A stretch of DNA of 64,000 bases from Acidimicrobiia bacterium (GCA_038239145.1 JBBSFB010000018.1:6560-70559), one strand, 5' to 3'; counted from the stretch's first letter, positions 7,026 to 17,154 are shown. The notes: generated by a model from the letters alone, not told the origin. A program made the numbers and translations.

Positions 7026-8222
7026 GTGCGTCATTCGGCCCGTTTGGGCGCTTCCGCTCTCGTGCTCTCGTTCGCCTCGGTGCTGACCGTCGGGATCGTC
7101 GTTTCCGCAGGTCCCGCCGCTGCCGCCGCGGTCGCCGCACCGGCCCCGGTCGTCGCCCAGCACGGTCTCGGGGCCCGCGTCTCCCTGACCTCCGCGCCGG
7201 CGCCGGCGCCGGTGCCGGTGCCGGTCCGGACGGCGGTCGCGACGAGCTCGGCGCTCGTCGTGCTGCCGACGAGCATCGATCTCAAGAAGTGGGCGGTCAC
7301 CCCCGGGAACCAGGGCGCGCTCAACTCCTGCGTGCCGTGGACCATCGACTACGCCATGCTCGGTTGGTACTCGCGCTACAGCGGGCGGCTCGGTCAGCCG
7401 TTCGCACCGATGTACACGTACTCGCAGATCAACGCCGGCGGTGACTGGGGCAGCGATCCCACCGCGGCACTGCAACTCGCCGTCACCCAGGGCAACGCCA
7501 CTCGTGCCGCCTACCCGCGGGGCGACAGCAATTGGAAGACCGCGCCGACGGCCGCGGAGCGGTTCAGTGCCGCGCAGTTCAAGGTCAAGTCGTTCACGAC
7601 CGTGTTCGTCGGCGTGAACCGACCCGGTGCGACGACCTTGTTGAAGCAAGCGATCGCGACGAATCATCCCGTCGCGATCGAGCTGTCGGTGCGCTACGGC
7701 TTCGACTATCTCGCAAAGTCGCCGACGGCGACCGACACCGACACGACCAGCGCCGTTCGCGGCGACCACGAGGTCCTGGCCGTCGGCTACGACGCGACCG
7801 GCCTGATCGTGCAGAACTCCTGGGGCACGGGCTGGGCGAACGGCGGCTTCGGTCGCATCTCGTGGGCAGTCGTGCAGAAAGACGTCGGCGAGGCCGAGAC
7901 GATCACGGGCTTCGCCAAGAACGCGACCGCGCCGTCGGTGAGCGTGCCCGTCGTGGGACGCGCGGTGACCGTCGTCAAGGGTCGCACGAACACGCACGCC
8001 GTCAGTTGGCACGACACGCTCGGCGACACCGGAGCAGTCACGGCGAACAACGCGTGGTACCAGGTCGACAGCGGACCGTTCGTCGCAGTAAGGCTCGCAT
8101 CGGCGAAGGCGACGTCGTTCACCCTCGTGACGAAGATCGGCCACCGGTACCGCGTCGCTGCTCGCGACGCCGCCGGTGGACACGTGGGCACGATCCGGTA
8201 CAGCGCCACCTTCGTCGGCTGA
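7026..8222 (+). CDS. Secreted papain-like (C1A) cysteine peptidase with an extra C-terminal beta-rich domain
   Basis: N-terminal signal-like segment ARLGASALVLSFASVLTVGIVVSAGPAAAAA. QGALNSCVPW holds the catalytic Cys, GDHEVLAVGYD the His, and VQNSWGTGWANGGFGRISW the Asn-Ser-Trp. Confidence 0.85.
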   Translation: MRHSARLGASALVLSFASVLTVGIVVSAGPAAAAAVAAPAPVVAQHGLGARVSLTSAPAPAPVPVPVRTAVATSSALVVLPTSIDLKKWAVTPGNQGALNSCVPWTIDYAMLGWYSRYSGRLGQPFAPMYTYSQINAGGDWGSDPTAALQLAVTQGNATRAAYPRGDSNWKTAPTAAERFSAAQFKVKSFTTVFVGVNRPGATTLLKQAIATNHPVAIELSVRYGFDYLAKSPTATDTDTTSAVRGDHEVLAVGYDATGLIVQNSWGTGWANGGFGRISWAVVQKDVGEAETITGFAKNATAPSVSVPVVGRAVTVVKGRTNTHAVSWHDTLGDTGAVTANNAWYQVDSGPFVAVRLASAKATSFTLVTKIGHRYRVAARDAAGGHVGTIRYSATFVG

Positions 8223-8305
8223 GTCGTCGGCGAACCTGCGCATCCGGCCGACGGCATCGCTACCTTTGACTCGGGTCTGCACGTGCTGGAGCACGAGGAG
8301 AATGA

Positions 8306-8783
8306 ATGCCGGTCGCGTTCGAAGGTCCGCCCACCGAGGTGAGCGGGCTGGCCATGTTCGTGGAGGAGCAACGGGCCGCGTTGCTGCGCAACCTCGCCGG
8401 CCTCACCTACGAGCAGGCGACCAGTCATCCGACCCCGAGCTCGTTCTGCATCCTCACGCTCGTGAAGGACGCCGCGGTCGTCGAGCGCCGATGGTTCCAA
8501 CTGGAGATCGCGCAGCGAGAGATCGAGGGACTGTGGCCTCCGCCCGACGACCGCGAGATGGAGGTAGAGCCCGGAGACTCGGTGGACTCGATTTCGGGCG
8601 TTCTATGAAGGAGTCATTGCCGAGAACCGCGAGATCCTCGCGGGAGTCACCGATCTCGACTCTGTGTCGGCGATCGGTCTGAACCGGCGCTGGGTCCTGC
8701 TGCATCTCATAGAAGAGATCGCGCGTCACGCCGGCCACGCAGACCTCATTCGCGAGACGATCGACGGCAGCAAAGGCGCGTGA
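8306..8783 (+). pseudogene. DinB-like / DUF664 (mycothiol-transferase-like) gene interrupted by a +1 frameshift
   Basis: Frame 2 (8306-8608) gives the N-terminal half. From about 8601, frame 3 gives FYEGVIAENREILAGVTDLDSVSAIGLNRRWVLLHLIEEIARHAGHADLIRETIDGSKGA*, with the stop at 8781-8783. That is the characteristic DUF664 C-terminus. GAGGAG precedes ATG 8306. Confidence 0.6.
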
Positions 8784-8824
8784 GCGCCCGTAGATCCGAC
8801 TTCCGGGCCCAGTTCATCGCCGCG

Positions 8825-11581
8825 CTACGAGGCTGACAGCTGCAGCGTCGCGATCTCGAACGGATTCAGCTCCACGCTGCCTTCGAACGCGACGATCGGA
8901 CGGCCCCGCAGATCGACGACGAAACCCCGAGCGGGCACGCCCTCGTGCTCGACGGTGACGGGTCCGGCCGTGTCGGCCGTCCGGAACGCCCGGACGACGA
9001 GACCGCCGGGAACCCGGTGCACGGCTGACACCTCGGCGCCGTCGACCCGGAGCGCGGCACCCGCCGCGGGTCGGCTCGCGTCGGAGTGCAGCGCCACCCG
9101 AGTACGTTCGAACGGCACCAACAACGCGTCGGCGGCGCCGTAACAATCGGCCGCGCGCCAGTCGCCCGCGTGCAACAGCACTGCGTATTCGGCCCGTTGC
9201 GCACCGAGCATCTGTGGGCCCGAGAGCGGATCGGGCGGGCCGGCCGGATTCGGGCGGAACTGCGGATCGGTGCGCGACAGGAAGCCAACCGCCCGCAGCA
9301 ACGCGATGGCCAGCGCGCGGCCTTCGTCGACCACCTCGTACTCGAGCAGCCCGTCGTGGAGCAGCGCCAGACCCGCGGATCCGTCGGAGGCATCGACGAA
9401 ACGACGAGACGGGAACGTCGGCAGTCCGAACTCGTGCACGCCCCCTTCCGCGGTCAGCCCGCGGTGGACGACCGCGAACGCGCACTCCGCGTCGGAGCCC
9501 GTCACCGGGCCCGGAAGGGGGAAGTGGGCGCGCAGGCGATGGTCACAGGCGGGGTTGTCGATCTCGTGGGCGACGCGAAGGAAGTGCTCGCCGTCGCGTA
9601 GCTCGAGCGTGGTGCGCACCGTCGCACCCACGCTCTTCTCGCTCCGGCTCGTACAGCAGCGGACGTCACCGACCGCGAACGCAGGCCAGGTGTAGTCGGC
9701 TTCGACCACGATGCGCGCCCGCACCGGCCCGGTCTCGACCGCGTGGACCCGCACGGCGTCGGGGCGGTCGATGACGAGGTCGTTGTCGGGCGGCGAGTAG
9801 TTGTAGGTGTCGCCGCCGTCACCGTCGTCGACGAGCCGTCCGCATCCGTCGACGCGAAGCCCGTCGGACGTCTCGATCGAGTACGTACCGTCATCGGCGT
9901 TTACGGTCACCAGCAGGTGCTCGTTGGAGAGCACGTGGGCGACATCCCGCTGATCGAGGCGCGCGGCCCCGGCGGCCGCGGGCGCGTCGCCTTCGGCGGC
10001 GTTGAAGCACGCCCAACCGAAGCCCTCGATCTCGCCGGTGTCGAAGAGCACGTGGCGAACGGGAGCGACCTGCATCCGCAGGCTCATCGTGTGGCCGGCC
10101 TCCCCGAGCGCGAGCATCTGCTCCTTCAACTTGGTCAGGTCGATGCGCTCGTCGTCACCACGGGCCTCGATCAACAGGATGTCGTGTTGGTCGGTAGTGC
10201 TCGGCACCGGGGTGACCGCGTACGCGTGGATCTGACGGCCCGCGAACTCGCTGGCCCGCATGAGGTCGAGCACCCACCGCACCTTCTGGCCGGTGACCAT
10301 CGTCTGGAAGCCATCGTCGCCGGCATCGTCGAGCAACTGGGTCGCGTGCAAGGCCCCGTCGGGCCCGACGAAGTGACAGGGGCCGCGGCCGGGTATGCGC
10401 ACGTCGACGACTCCCGACCGGGCGTGGGCGGTCGGGTTCGCGACCACCGTCGCACCGCCGGGAGCACTGACCTGCGTCGCCAGCGCGCGCACTGCTTCTT
10501 GAGTGAGACCGTCGCCGATCTGGCGGGACTCGTAGTACCGGACCAGCACCTGATCCACCACTTCGTCGCTGCTGCACGCGCACGACGAGTCGTGGGCGCT
10601 GTTCAGCACGAGCTTGCGCCAGGCGATGTCGGCGAGCGCGTGCGGATACTTCTCCGCCGCCAAGAACAGCGCCGACAAGGGTTCGGCCTGCTTCTCGAGC
10701 GAGCGTTCCGCACGCGCGCACGCGCGGTGCACGTCGACGCGGTTCGATCCCACGCCCATCAACAGATTGGCGCGCGCTCCGGAACGGAGCTCACCGCTGA
10801 CGGTGACGAGGCCTTCGGACGGCTGGTCGGCGAGGTACTCCGGCAACGACGTGACTGCGAACTCGTACTCGTCCTGTTGAGCGTTGGCTTCGGCGACGAC
10901 GCGACCGAGCCACGGTTGCGGCATCTGATGGTCGGTCCCGTTCATCAACAGCATGTCGCGCAGACGGGCGGAGCCGAGCTCCTCCTCGTAGTCGCGTGCG
11001 CGCAGCACGAGGCGCTTGGCGTCGTCGGGGATGTCGCGACCATTCGAGTACGAGCCGTAGAGATATTCGGCGCGTACCCGGGATCCGTCGGGTGCTTCCC
11101 ACCAGAACGCGGTCTCTTCGACCACCGCCGGTACTCCGCGCCAGACGACCGCGTGCTCGAACCCTGCGAGCCGAAGGAGCTGGGGCATCTGGGCGACGTG
11201 ACCGAACATGTCGGGCAGGTAACCGATGTCCATCACGCCGCCGAGCTCGGAACCGCGTGTGATACCGAACTGAAGGTCGCGCACCATGGTCTCGCCCGAC
11301 ACCATGAACTCGTCCATCAGGACCATCCACGGGCCGATCGAAAGGCGACCCGAGCTCGCGAGCCGCGCCAACGCGGGCCCGGCTTCGGGTCGCACCGCGA
11401 GGTAGTCGTCGAGCACGGCGGTCTGACCGTCGAGTAGGAAGCGGGAGTAAGAGAGGTCCGACTCGAGCATCGGCAGGAGCTCGTCGAGCAACCGGACGAG
11501 CCGGAGCCGGAAGGTCTGGAACGGCGAATACCACTCGCGATCCCAGTGCGTGTGGGGGACGATTGCTACTCGCGTCGGCAT
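8825..11581 (-). CDS. Glycoside hydrolase family 38 alpha-mannosidase
   Basis: VAIVPHTHWDREWY, GPWMVLMDEF, LPDMFGH; 918 aa. Confidence 0.9.
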   Translation of the reverse strand: MPTRVAIVPHTHWDREWYSPFQTFRLRLVRLLDELLPMLESDLSYSRFLLDGQTAVLDDYLAVRPEAGPALARLASSGRLSIGPWMVLMDEFMVSGETMVRDLQFGITRGSELGGVMDIGYLPDMFGHVAQMPQLLRLAGFEHAVVWRGVPAVVEETAFWWEAPDGSRVRAEYLYGSYSNGRDIPDDAKRLVLRARDYEEELGSARLRDMLLMNGTDHQMPQPWLGRVVAEANAQQDEYEFAVTSLPEYLADQPSEGLVTVSGELRSGARANLLMGVGSNRVDVHRACARAERSLEKQAEPLSALFLAAEKYPHALADIAWRKLVLNSAHDSSCACSSDEVVDQVLVRYYESRQIGDGLTQEAVRALATQVSAPGGATVVANPTAHARSGVVDVRIPGRGPCHFVGPDGALHATQLLDDAGDDGFQTMVTGQKVRWVLDLMRASEFAGRQIHAYAVTPVPSTTDQHDILLIEARGDDERIDLTKLKEQMLALGEAGHTMSLRMQVAPVRHVLFDTGEIEGFGWACFNAAEGDAPAAAGAARLDQRDVAHVLSNEHLLVTVNADDGTYSIETSDGLRVDGCGRLVDDGDGGDTYNYSPPDNDLVIDRPDAVRVHAVETGPVRARIVVEADYTWPAFAVGDVRCCTSRSEKSVGATVRTTLELRDGEHFLRVAHEIDNPACDHRLRAHFPLPGPVTGSDAECAFAVVHRGLTAEGGVHEFGLPTFPSRRFVDASDGSAGLALLHDGLLEYEVVDEGRALAIALLRAVGFLSRTDPQFRPNPAGPPDPLSGPQMLGAQRAEYAVLLHAGDWRAADCYGAADALLVPFERTRVALHSDASRPAAGAALRVDGAEVSAVHRVPGGLVVRAFRTADTAGPVTVEHEGVPARGFVVDLRGRPIVAFEGSVELNPFEIATLQLSAS

Positions 11582-11600
11582 ATTTTCGACGCTACTCGGG

Positions 11601-12296
11601 TCAGGCGGGGTTCTCTTCGCCTGCGATCCAGCGGTACCCGATGCCCGGCTCGGTGAGGATCAGCCGAGGATGCGCGGCGTCGTCACCGAGCTTCTTGCGG
11701 AGTTGGCCGACGTACACCCGCAGGTAGTTGCTCTCCCGGCCGTACCCCTGACCCCAGACCTCGCGGAGCAGGAATTCCTGGGTGAGCAGTTTGCCCGGGT
11801 GGGTCACGAGCATCTCGAGCAGGGCGAGCTCCGTGCGGGTGAGGTGCACCGGCGCGCCGGCCAGGGTCACCCGCCGGCGGGCGAGGTCGATCTCGACGTC
11901 GTCGACCCGCACGAGCGTCGCAGTCGGGCTGGATTGCGGGACCCGCCGAAGTGTCGCCCGGACCCGCGCGAGCAACTCCTCGGTGTCGAACGGCTTGGTC
12001 ACGTAGTCGTCGGCGCCGGCGTCGAGTGCACGGATCTTCTCCGACTGCTGATGGTGCGCGGTGAGCACAATGACGGGCATCGCCGAGAAGGCACGTACCC
12101 GACGGAGGACCTCGAGCCCGTCGATGTCGGGCAGGCCGAGGTCGAGCACCATGAGGTCGGGGGAGCCGCTCGACGCCACCACGATCGCGTCTTCGCCAGT
12201 CGCGACGTCGAGCACCTCGAGGTCGCGGCTACGCATCATCGTGCGCAGCGCGCGCCGCAGGGCGGGATCGTCTTCGACGAGCAGAATCGTGGTCAC
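11601..12296 (-). CDS. OmpR-family response regulator (KdpE-like)
   Basis: ILLVEDD...DLMVLDLGLPDIDG...DDYVTKPF is the receiver domain, and the winged helix carries LRVYVGQLRKKL...GIGYRW. GTG 12296 overlaps the kinase stop (GTGA). Confidence 0.9.
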   Translation of the reverse strand: MTTILLVEDDPALRRALRTMMRSRDLEVLDVATGEDAIVVASSGSPDLMVLDLGLPDIDGLEVLRRVRAFSAMPVIVLTAHHQQSEKIRALDAGADDYVTKPFDTEELLARVRATLRRVPQSSPTATLVRVDDVEIDLARRRVTLAGAPVHLTRTELALLEMLVTHPGKLLTQEFLLREVWGQGYGRESNYLRVYVGQLRKKLGDDAAHPRLILTEPGIGYRWIAGEENPA

Positions 12297-13681
12297 GCGG
12301 CTCGGGCCTCCCGCGGAAAGGTACACACGAACGTCGCGCCGCCTCCCGGCGTGTCCTCGTACCGGACAGAACCGCCGTGCGCGACGACGAGCGCGCGGAC
12401 GATCGCGAGCCCGAGCCCGGTGCCCGAACGATCGGGGCGGGTCTCCGCGCTCTGGAACTCCTCGAAGATTCGGCCGCGAGCTTCGAGCGGTACGCCGGGA
12501 CCGTGATCGGAGACGACCAGCTCGATGTCGTCGGTCCCGTTCGCCGATGTATGGGCGCCGACGACGATCTCGGAGCCGGGTGGCGCGAAGCGCAACGCGT
12601 TCTCCAAGAGGTTCAACAGGATCTGTTCGGCCATGGTCACGTCGAGAGAGACCGGCGGGAGGTCGTCGTCGACGTCCAGCCGGACGCGATGCGCGCGGGC
12701 GATCGGGCGCAGGCGCCGGACCGCGTGCTGCACCAGATCGGCGATGTCGACCCGTTCGGGCTCGATCTCGAGCGCGCCGGCGCGGATACGGCTCAGCTCG
12801 AGCGTGTTGCGCACCAGCCGCTCCAGGCGCTCGGCCTCGTCCGAAATCGTCTCGAGGAGCTCCCGGCGTTCTTCCGGTTCGATCCGCGACCACGACGCCA
12901 ACAGTGTCCCGGCCGCGGCCTTTACCGCGGTCAACGGCGTACGCAGGTTGTGGCTGACTGCCGAGAGGAACCCGGCCCGTTGCTGACCGATCTCGGCCAC
13001 GAGCCGCGCGTCACGCACCTCCTCTTGGAGTCGTAACCGATCCACACCTGCCGCAAGTCCCGCGACGAGCGCTTCGAGTAGCTCGCGGTCGGCAGGAGAG
13101 AGTGGTCGAACGGAGCGGGCGAGCAGCGTGACGCCGGGACCGTCGACGCGCACGTTCGCGTGAGCAGGCTCGTCGACTGCCGCGAGCGCCGCGCCCGCGG
13201 TCAGTGTGCACGCGTCGAACTTGAAGAGATCGGCGAGCGCGGCCGCGGCGCCGTGGAGCGCGTCGTCGACGTCGGCGCCCTCCAGCAACCGGTTGGTCAG
13301 GTCGAGCCGAACCTTGGCCTCGGCTTCGCGTTGCAGCGCAGTGGCGCTGAGGCTCGCGAGGCGCTGCACGATCCAACCGACGAGTGTCGCGGCGGCCGCG
13401 AACACTGCGAGCGCCACGACGTCGTCGGAGCGATGGATCTTGAACGACCCCGTCGGTTCGGTGAAGAAGAAGTTGAGCGCGAGGAAGCCGACAACCGCAC
13501 CGACCAGTCCCGACGGCAGGCCGAGAGTGCCGACCGCGAGAACGGTGACGAGGAGCAGGAGCGCGGCGACGGTGAGGTCGGCCCGCGCGCCCCGGGCGAT
13601 CCCCGCCACCGCGAGGACGCCGACCACGGCCAACGTGATCCGGAGCAACGGCCGTTCGTGCATACGCATCCTGGGCGACAC
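12293..13681 (-). CDS. Sensor histidine kinase, KdpD C-terminal type (DUF4118-like membrane domain + HisKA + HATPase)
   Basis: Membrane segment LLRITLAVVGVLAVAG...FFFTEP. H-box FLSAVSHNLRTPL, N-box LLNLLENALRF, G-boxes DHGPGV and GTGLGLAIV. There is no N-terminal KdpD/Usp portion. Confidence 0.85.
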   Translation of the reverse strand: MSPRMRMHERPLLRITLAVVGVLAVAGIARGARADLTVAALLLLVTVLAVGTLGLPSGLVGAVVGFLALNFFFTEPTGSFKIHRSDDVVALAVFAAAATLVGWIVQRLASLSATALQREAEAKVRLDLTNRLLEGADVDDALHGAAAALADLFKFDACTLTAGAALAAVDEPAHANVRVDGPGVTLLARSVRPLSPADRELLEALVAGLAAGVDRLRLQEEVRDARLVAEIGQQRAGFLSAVSHNLRTPLTAVKAAAGTLLASWSRIEPEERRELLETISDEAERLERLVRNTLELSRIRAGALEIEPERVDIADLVQHAVRRLRPIARAHRVRLDVDDDLPPVSLDVTMAEQILLNLLENALRFAPPGSEIVVGAHTSANGTDDIELVVSDHGPGVPLEARGRIFEEFQSAETRPDRSGTGLGLAIVRALVVAHGGSVRYEDTPGGGATFVCTFPREARAA

Positions 13682-13755
13682 GATCGCACGGATCCCCGGA
13701 TCAGGGCGGCATTCGGCGTGCCAAGCGGGTCCCGGCCCAGTTATCCTCCCGCGTC

Positions 13756-14049
13756 ATGCCGATGTACGCGATGCTCTCGACCCTCGGACCAGGCGGCTGG
13801 GAAACCCTGCGGGAGAAGCCCGACCGCATCCGGGAGGTCACCACCGAGGTGGAGGCGATGGGCCTGACGGTCCACGCGCAGTACGCGCTCATGGGTCAAT
13901 ACGACTTCTTGAACATCATCGAGGCGCCCGACGAGGAGACGATGGCGGCTGCCGCGATCATGCTCGCCTCGCGCGGCACCATGCGTACGACGACCCTGCC
14001 CGCGATCCCCATCGATCAGCTGATCGCCCGCCTGAAGTCTGACGGATAA
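13756..14049 (+). CDS. GYD domain-containing protein
   Basis: MYAMLSTLGPGG...HAQYALMGQYDFLNIIEAPDEETMAAAAI... is the typical GYD family pattern; 97 aa. Confidence 0.8.
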   Translation: MPMYAMLSTLGPGGWETLREKPDRIREVTTEVEAMGLTVHAQYALMGQYDFLNIIEAPDEETMAAAAIMLASRGTMRTTTLPAIPIDQLIARLKSDG

Positions 14050-14092
14050 GGGTCGTCGTCGACCGGGCACTCGTCTGGCACCGCCCACGAAA

Positions 14093-14153
14093 CCACCAAC
14101 TGTTGTCGGAGTTTTCGGTGCATGGCGCGGATATCTCCGACAACAGTTGGTGG
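14093..14153. terminator. Perfect 19-bp inverted repeat hairpin between convergent genes
   Basis: CCACCAACTGTTGTCGGAG (14093-14111) and CTCCGACAACAGTTGGTGG (14135-14153) flank a 23-nt loop. Each arm is followed by AGTTTTCG. Confidence 0.55.
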
Positions 14154-14195
14154 AGTTTTCGAGGTCGGGCTTCGCGTTGGTGGTGACGGACGCTC

Positions 14196-14456
14196 TCAGA
14201 TCCACCAGGTGCTGCGGCGGTTTTCTTCTCGCAGGTCGGACTCCGGGAAGGAGACGGGGAGGATCGAGCCGTCGGAACGGCGGCGGACCTTGTACATCGG
14301 CTTGCCCGTCGCATCGTGCTCGGCGTCGAGGCAGTCGGCGACTTCGAATCCACGTGACCACTTCGATTCGAAGCGGCCCCTGACCTCGACGCGCGTGCCG
14401 GCTCTCACATCTCCATCGTACGGCGCGTGTCCAGCGGTCCTGATGTGCGCCAACAC
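14196..14456 (-). CDS. Small hypothetical protein (70-86 aa)
   Basis: ...GTRVEVRGRFESKWSRGFEVADCLDAEHDATGKPMYKVRRRSDGSILPVSFPESDLREENRRSTWWI. Codons are GC3-rich. Possible starts are GTG 14456 or GTG 14408. The upstream part of the 193-aa track ORF is shadow. Confidence 0.5.
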   Translation of the reverse strand: MLAHIRTAGHAPYDGDVRAGTRVEVRGRFESKWSRGFEVADCLDAEHDATGKPMYKVRRRSDGSILPVSFPESDLREENRRSTWWI

Positions 14457-14461
14457 CTCGT

Positions 14462-15175
14462 GTGCGCGATCGGCGAGTAGCGTCACGCGCTGTGACCGCG
14501 CCCTATCCAACGCTGCGAGTCGAGCGGAAGTACTGGGCCGAAGGCGACCGCATCGTGGTCGGTATCGACGAGGTTGGCCGGGGTTCCTGGGCGGGTCCGG
14601 TGACGGTGGCGGCTGTGGTTCCGGGAGACGAGCATCTCGCCGGCGTACGCGACTCGAAGCTCTTGAGCCCGCAAGAACGAGAGGTCGCAGCGGCGCGGGT
14701 GCGGGGCTGGGCCCGGGCCATCGGCGTGGGACATGCTTCGCACGAGGAGTGCGACCTCGTCGGGATGACCGAAGCACAGCGCCGGGCCGCCGGACGCGCG
14801 CTGGAGCAACTCGCGGCGCAGGGATATACCCCCGATCGGATCGTTCTCGACGGCAAGCACGACTATCTCGGCATGCCGCGCGTCGTGCGGACGATCATCA
14901 AGGGCGACCAGAAGGTCTTGTCGGTCGCGGCGGCGTCCGTGGTCGCCAAGACCACACGCGACGCGATGATGGCGGAAGAGGCCGAGCACTACCCGGCCTA
15001 CGGATTCGAGTCGAACCGCGGCTATCCCGCGCCCCACCACAAGTGCGCGCTGGCCGGATACGGGCCTTCGGCGATCCACCGCCGCTCGTGGATCTTCATG
15101 GACTACTGCCTCTGGGGCGGGATCCCGCGCTTCGAGCGGCAGCCGACCCTCTTCTCGGGAGCGATCGATGGTTGA
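14462..15175 (+). CDS. rnhB: Ribonuclease HII
   Basis: [42 protein letters not shown]. The start is uncertain: GTG 14462 or GTG 14492. Confidence 0.9.
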   Translation: MRDRRVASRAVTAPYPTLRVERKYWAEGDRIVVGIDEVGRGSWAGPVTVAAVVPGDEHLAGVRDSKLLSPQEREVAAARVRGWARAIGVGHASHEECDLVGMTEAQRRAAGRALEQLAAQGYTPDRIVLDGKHDYLGMPRVVRTIIKGDQKVLSVAAASVVAKTTRDAMMAEEAEHYPAYGFESNRGYPAPHHKCALAGYGPSAIHRRSWIFMDYCLWGGIPRFERQPTLFSGAIDG

Positions 15176-16757
15176 CGCGCGCTGGGACTCGCTCGGGTTG
15201 CACGCGAACGCGATGCGACAACGCACCGTGAAGCAACTCTTCGATGAAGAGCCTCACCGAGATCAGATGCACGTCGAGGCCGCGGGTTGGTATCTCGACT
15301 ACGCCAAGCACCGCGTGAGTGCAGAGACGATTCGCCTGTTACGCGATCTCGTGACCGAACGCGGGCTTCGCGAGCGCATCGACGCGATGTTCGCGGGCGA
15401 GCACATCAACGTCACCGAAGATCGGGCGGTGCTGCACGTTGCGCTCCGGATGCCGGCCGATGCGCGTCTCGTCGTCGACGGTGTCGACGTGGTGGCCGAG
15501 GTACACCAGGTGCTGGACCGGATGTCGACGTTCGCGGAATCGATCCGCAACGGCAGCCGGACCGGGCACACCGGTCGACCGATCCGCAACGTCGTGAACA
15601 TCGGGATCGGCGGCAGCGACCTCGGTCCGTCGATGGCCTATGACGCGCTGCGCGCCTACAGCCGTCGCGACATGCAGTTCCGCTTCGTGTCGAACGTCGA
15701 CGGCGCCGACCTGGTGGATGCCGTGCACGATCTCGACGCGACCGAGACGCTGTTCGTCGTCTCGTCGAAGACCTTCACCACGTTGGAGACGCTGACCAAC
15801 GCGCGCGCGGCACGCGCGTGGTTGCTCGACGGGTTGGGGGGCGACGAGCGCGCGGTCGCCAAGCACTTCGTTGCGGTCTCGACGAACTCCGAGAAGGTCG
15901 CCGAGTTCGGCATCGACACCGCGAACATGTTCGAGTTCTGGGACTGGGTCGGCGGTCGCTACTCGATGTGGTCGGCGATCGGCTTGTCGTTGATGCTCGC
16001 GGTCGGTCCCGACAACTTCCGCGAGTTTCTCGCCGGCGCGCACGAGATGGACGAACACTTCCGCACCGCGCCGTTCACTGCGAACCTTCCGGTGCTGATG
16101 GGCATGCTCGGGTGCTGGTACCGCGACTTCCTCGACGCGCAGTCGCAGGCCGTCGTGCCGTACGCGCAGGCGCTGGTCAAGTTGCCGTCGTATCTGCAAC
16201 AGCTCGAGATGGAGAGCAACGGCAAGTCGGTGCGGGCGGACGGCGTGCCCGTCGATCAGCCGACCGGCGAGATCGTGTGGGGCACCGTGGGCACGAACGG
16301 GCAGCACGCGTATTTCCAGCTGCTGCACCAGGGGACCACGCTCGTCCCGATCGATTTCATCGGGTTCGATCACCCGCAACCCGATCACGCGCTGGGCGAC
16401 CAGCAGGACCTCCTCGTTGCGAATTTGCTCGCGCAGGCCGAAGGGCTTGCTTTCGGTACCGACGACCCGGAGCTCCCGCCGTACCGAGTCATGCCCGGCA
16501 ACCGGCCGTCGTCGACCTTGATGGCCTCACAGCTCACGCCCTCCGCCCTCGGCGCCCTCGTCGCGGCGTACGAGCACAAGGTGTTCACGCTGGGCACCAT
16601 CTGGGGCATCGACTCGTTCGACCAGTGGGGCGTGGAGCTCGGCAAGAAGCTCGCCCAGACGATCGCGGGCGAGATCGCGGCACCCGACGATGCCGGCCTC
16701 GCGCACGACTCGTCGACGAATGCCATGATCCGGCGCTACCGCAACCGTTCCTCCTAG
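15168..16757 (+). CDS. pgi: Glucose-6-phosphate isomerase
   Basis: [35 protein letters not shown]; 529 aa. It overlaps the rnhB end by 8 nt. Confidence 0.95.
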   Translation: MVDARWDSLGLHANAMRQRTVKQLFDEEPHRDQMHVEAAGWYLDYAKHRVSAETIRLLRDLVTERGLRERIDAMFAGEHINVTEDRAVLHVALRMPADARLVVDGVDVVAEVHQVLDRMSTFAESIRNGSRTGHTGRPIRNVVNIGIGGSDLGPSMAYDALRAYSRRDMQFRFVSNVDGADLVDAVHDLDATETLFVVSSKTFTTLETLTNARAARAWLLDGLGGDERAVAKHFVAVSTNSEKVAEFGIDTANMFEFWDWVGGRYSMWSAIGLSLMLAVGPDNFREFLAGAHEMDEHFRTAPFTANLPVLMGMLGCWYRDFLDAQSQAVVPYAQALVKLPSYLQQLEMESNGKSVRADGVPVDQPTGEIVWGTVGTNGQHAYFQLLHQGTTLVPIDFIGFDHPQPDHALGDQQDLLVANLLAQAEGLAFGTDDPELPPYRVMPGNRPSSTLMASQLTPSALGALVAAYEHKVFTLGTIWGIDSFDQWGVELGKKLAQTIAGEIAAPDDAGLAHDSSTNAMIRRYRNRSS

Positions 16758-16766
16758 GCTGGCGGC

Positions 16767-17114
16767 ATGGGTCAGCCGATCACTGTGACGATGCGCGCCG
16801 GCGCCGCGCCCGACATCCGCTTCTTCGAGTGCAACCGCTCGCTGACCGGGATGGCGATCGAGGTGTACACGGCCGATTCGCCGATCGGCGCGCGGCCTCC
16901 CGACGTGCTCGCCCAGCGGTTGCTCGCAGCGGGTGCGGCCAAGGTGACGATCTACTCGAACGTCGTCACCATCGAGGCGCCCGCCGCCGCGTGGGCAGTG
17001 CTCGAGCCCAAGGCGACGTTCACTATCGAACACCTCTTCGAGTTCTACGGCGACGACGCGGGGTGGTCGTTCGAGGCCCGCGGCGTCGAGCCCGAGATCT
17101 CCAAAGTCCAATAG
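16767..17114 (+). CDS. Hypothetical protein, possibly Nfu/NifU N-terminal-domain-like
   Basis: 115 aa with coding-like composition. The domain guess is from overall pattern only. Confidence 0.45.
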   Translation: MGQPITVTMRAGAAPDIRFFECNRSLTGMAIEVYTADSPIGARPPDVLAQRLLAAGAAKVTIYSNVVTIEAPAAAWAVLEPKATFTIEHLFEFYGDDAGWSFEARGVEPEISKVQ

Positions 17115-17154
17115 CTCGACGTTCTACGCGCTTCGATATCGACGGTATCCCGGC

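Noticed and set aside
8176-8682. A 168-aa plus-strand ORF overlapping the DinB/DUF664 locus.
   Set aside because: Its content is Arg/Ser-rich and it lies in the third frame relative to the two halves that carry the family signature. It is not needed to explain the locus.
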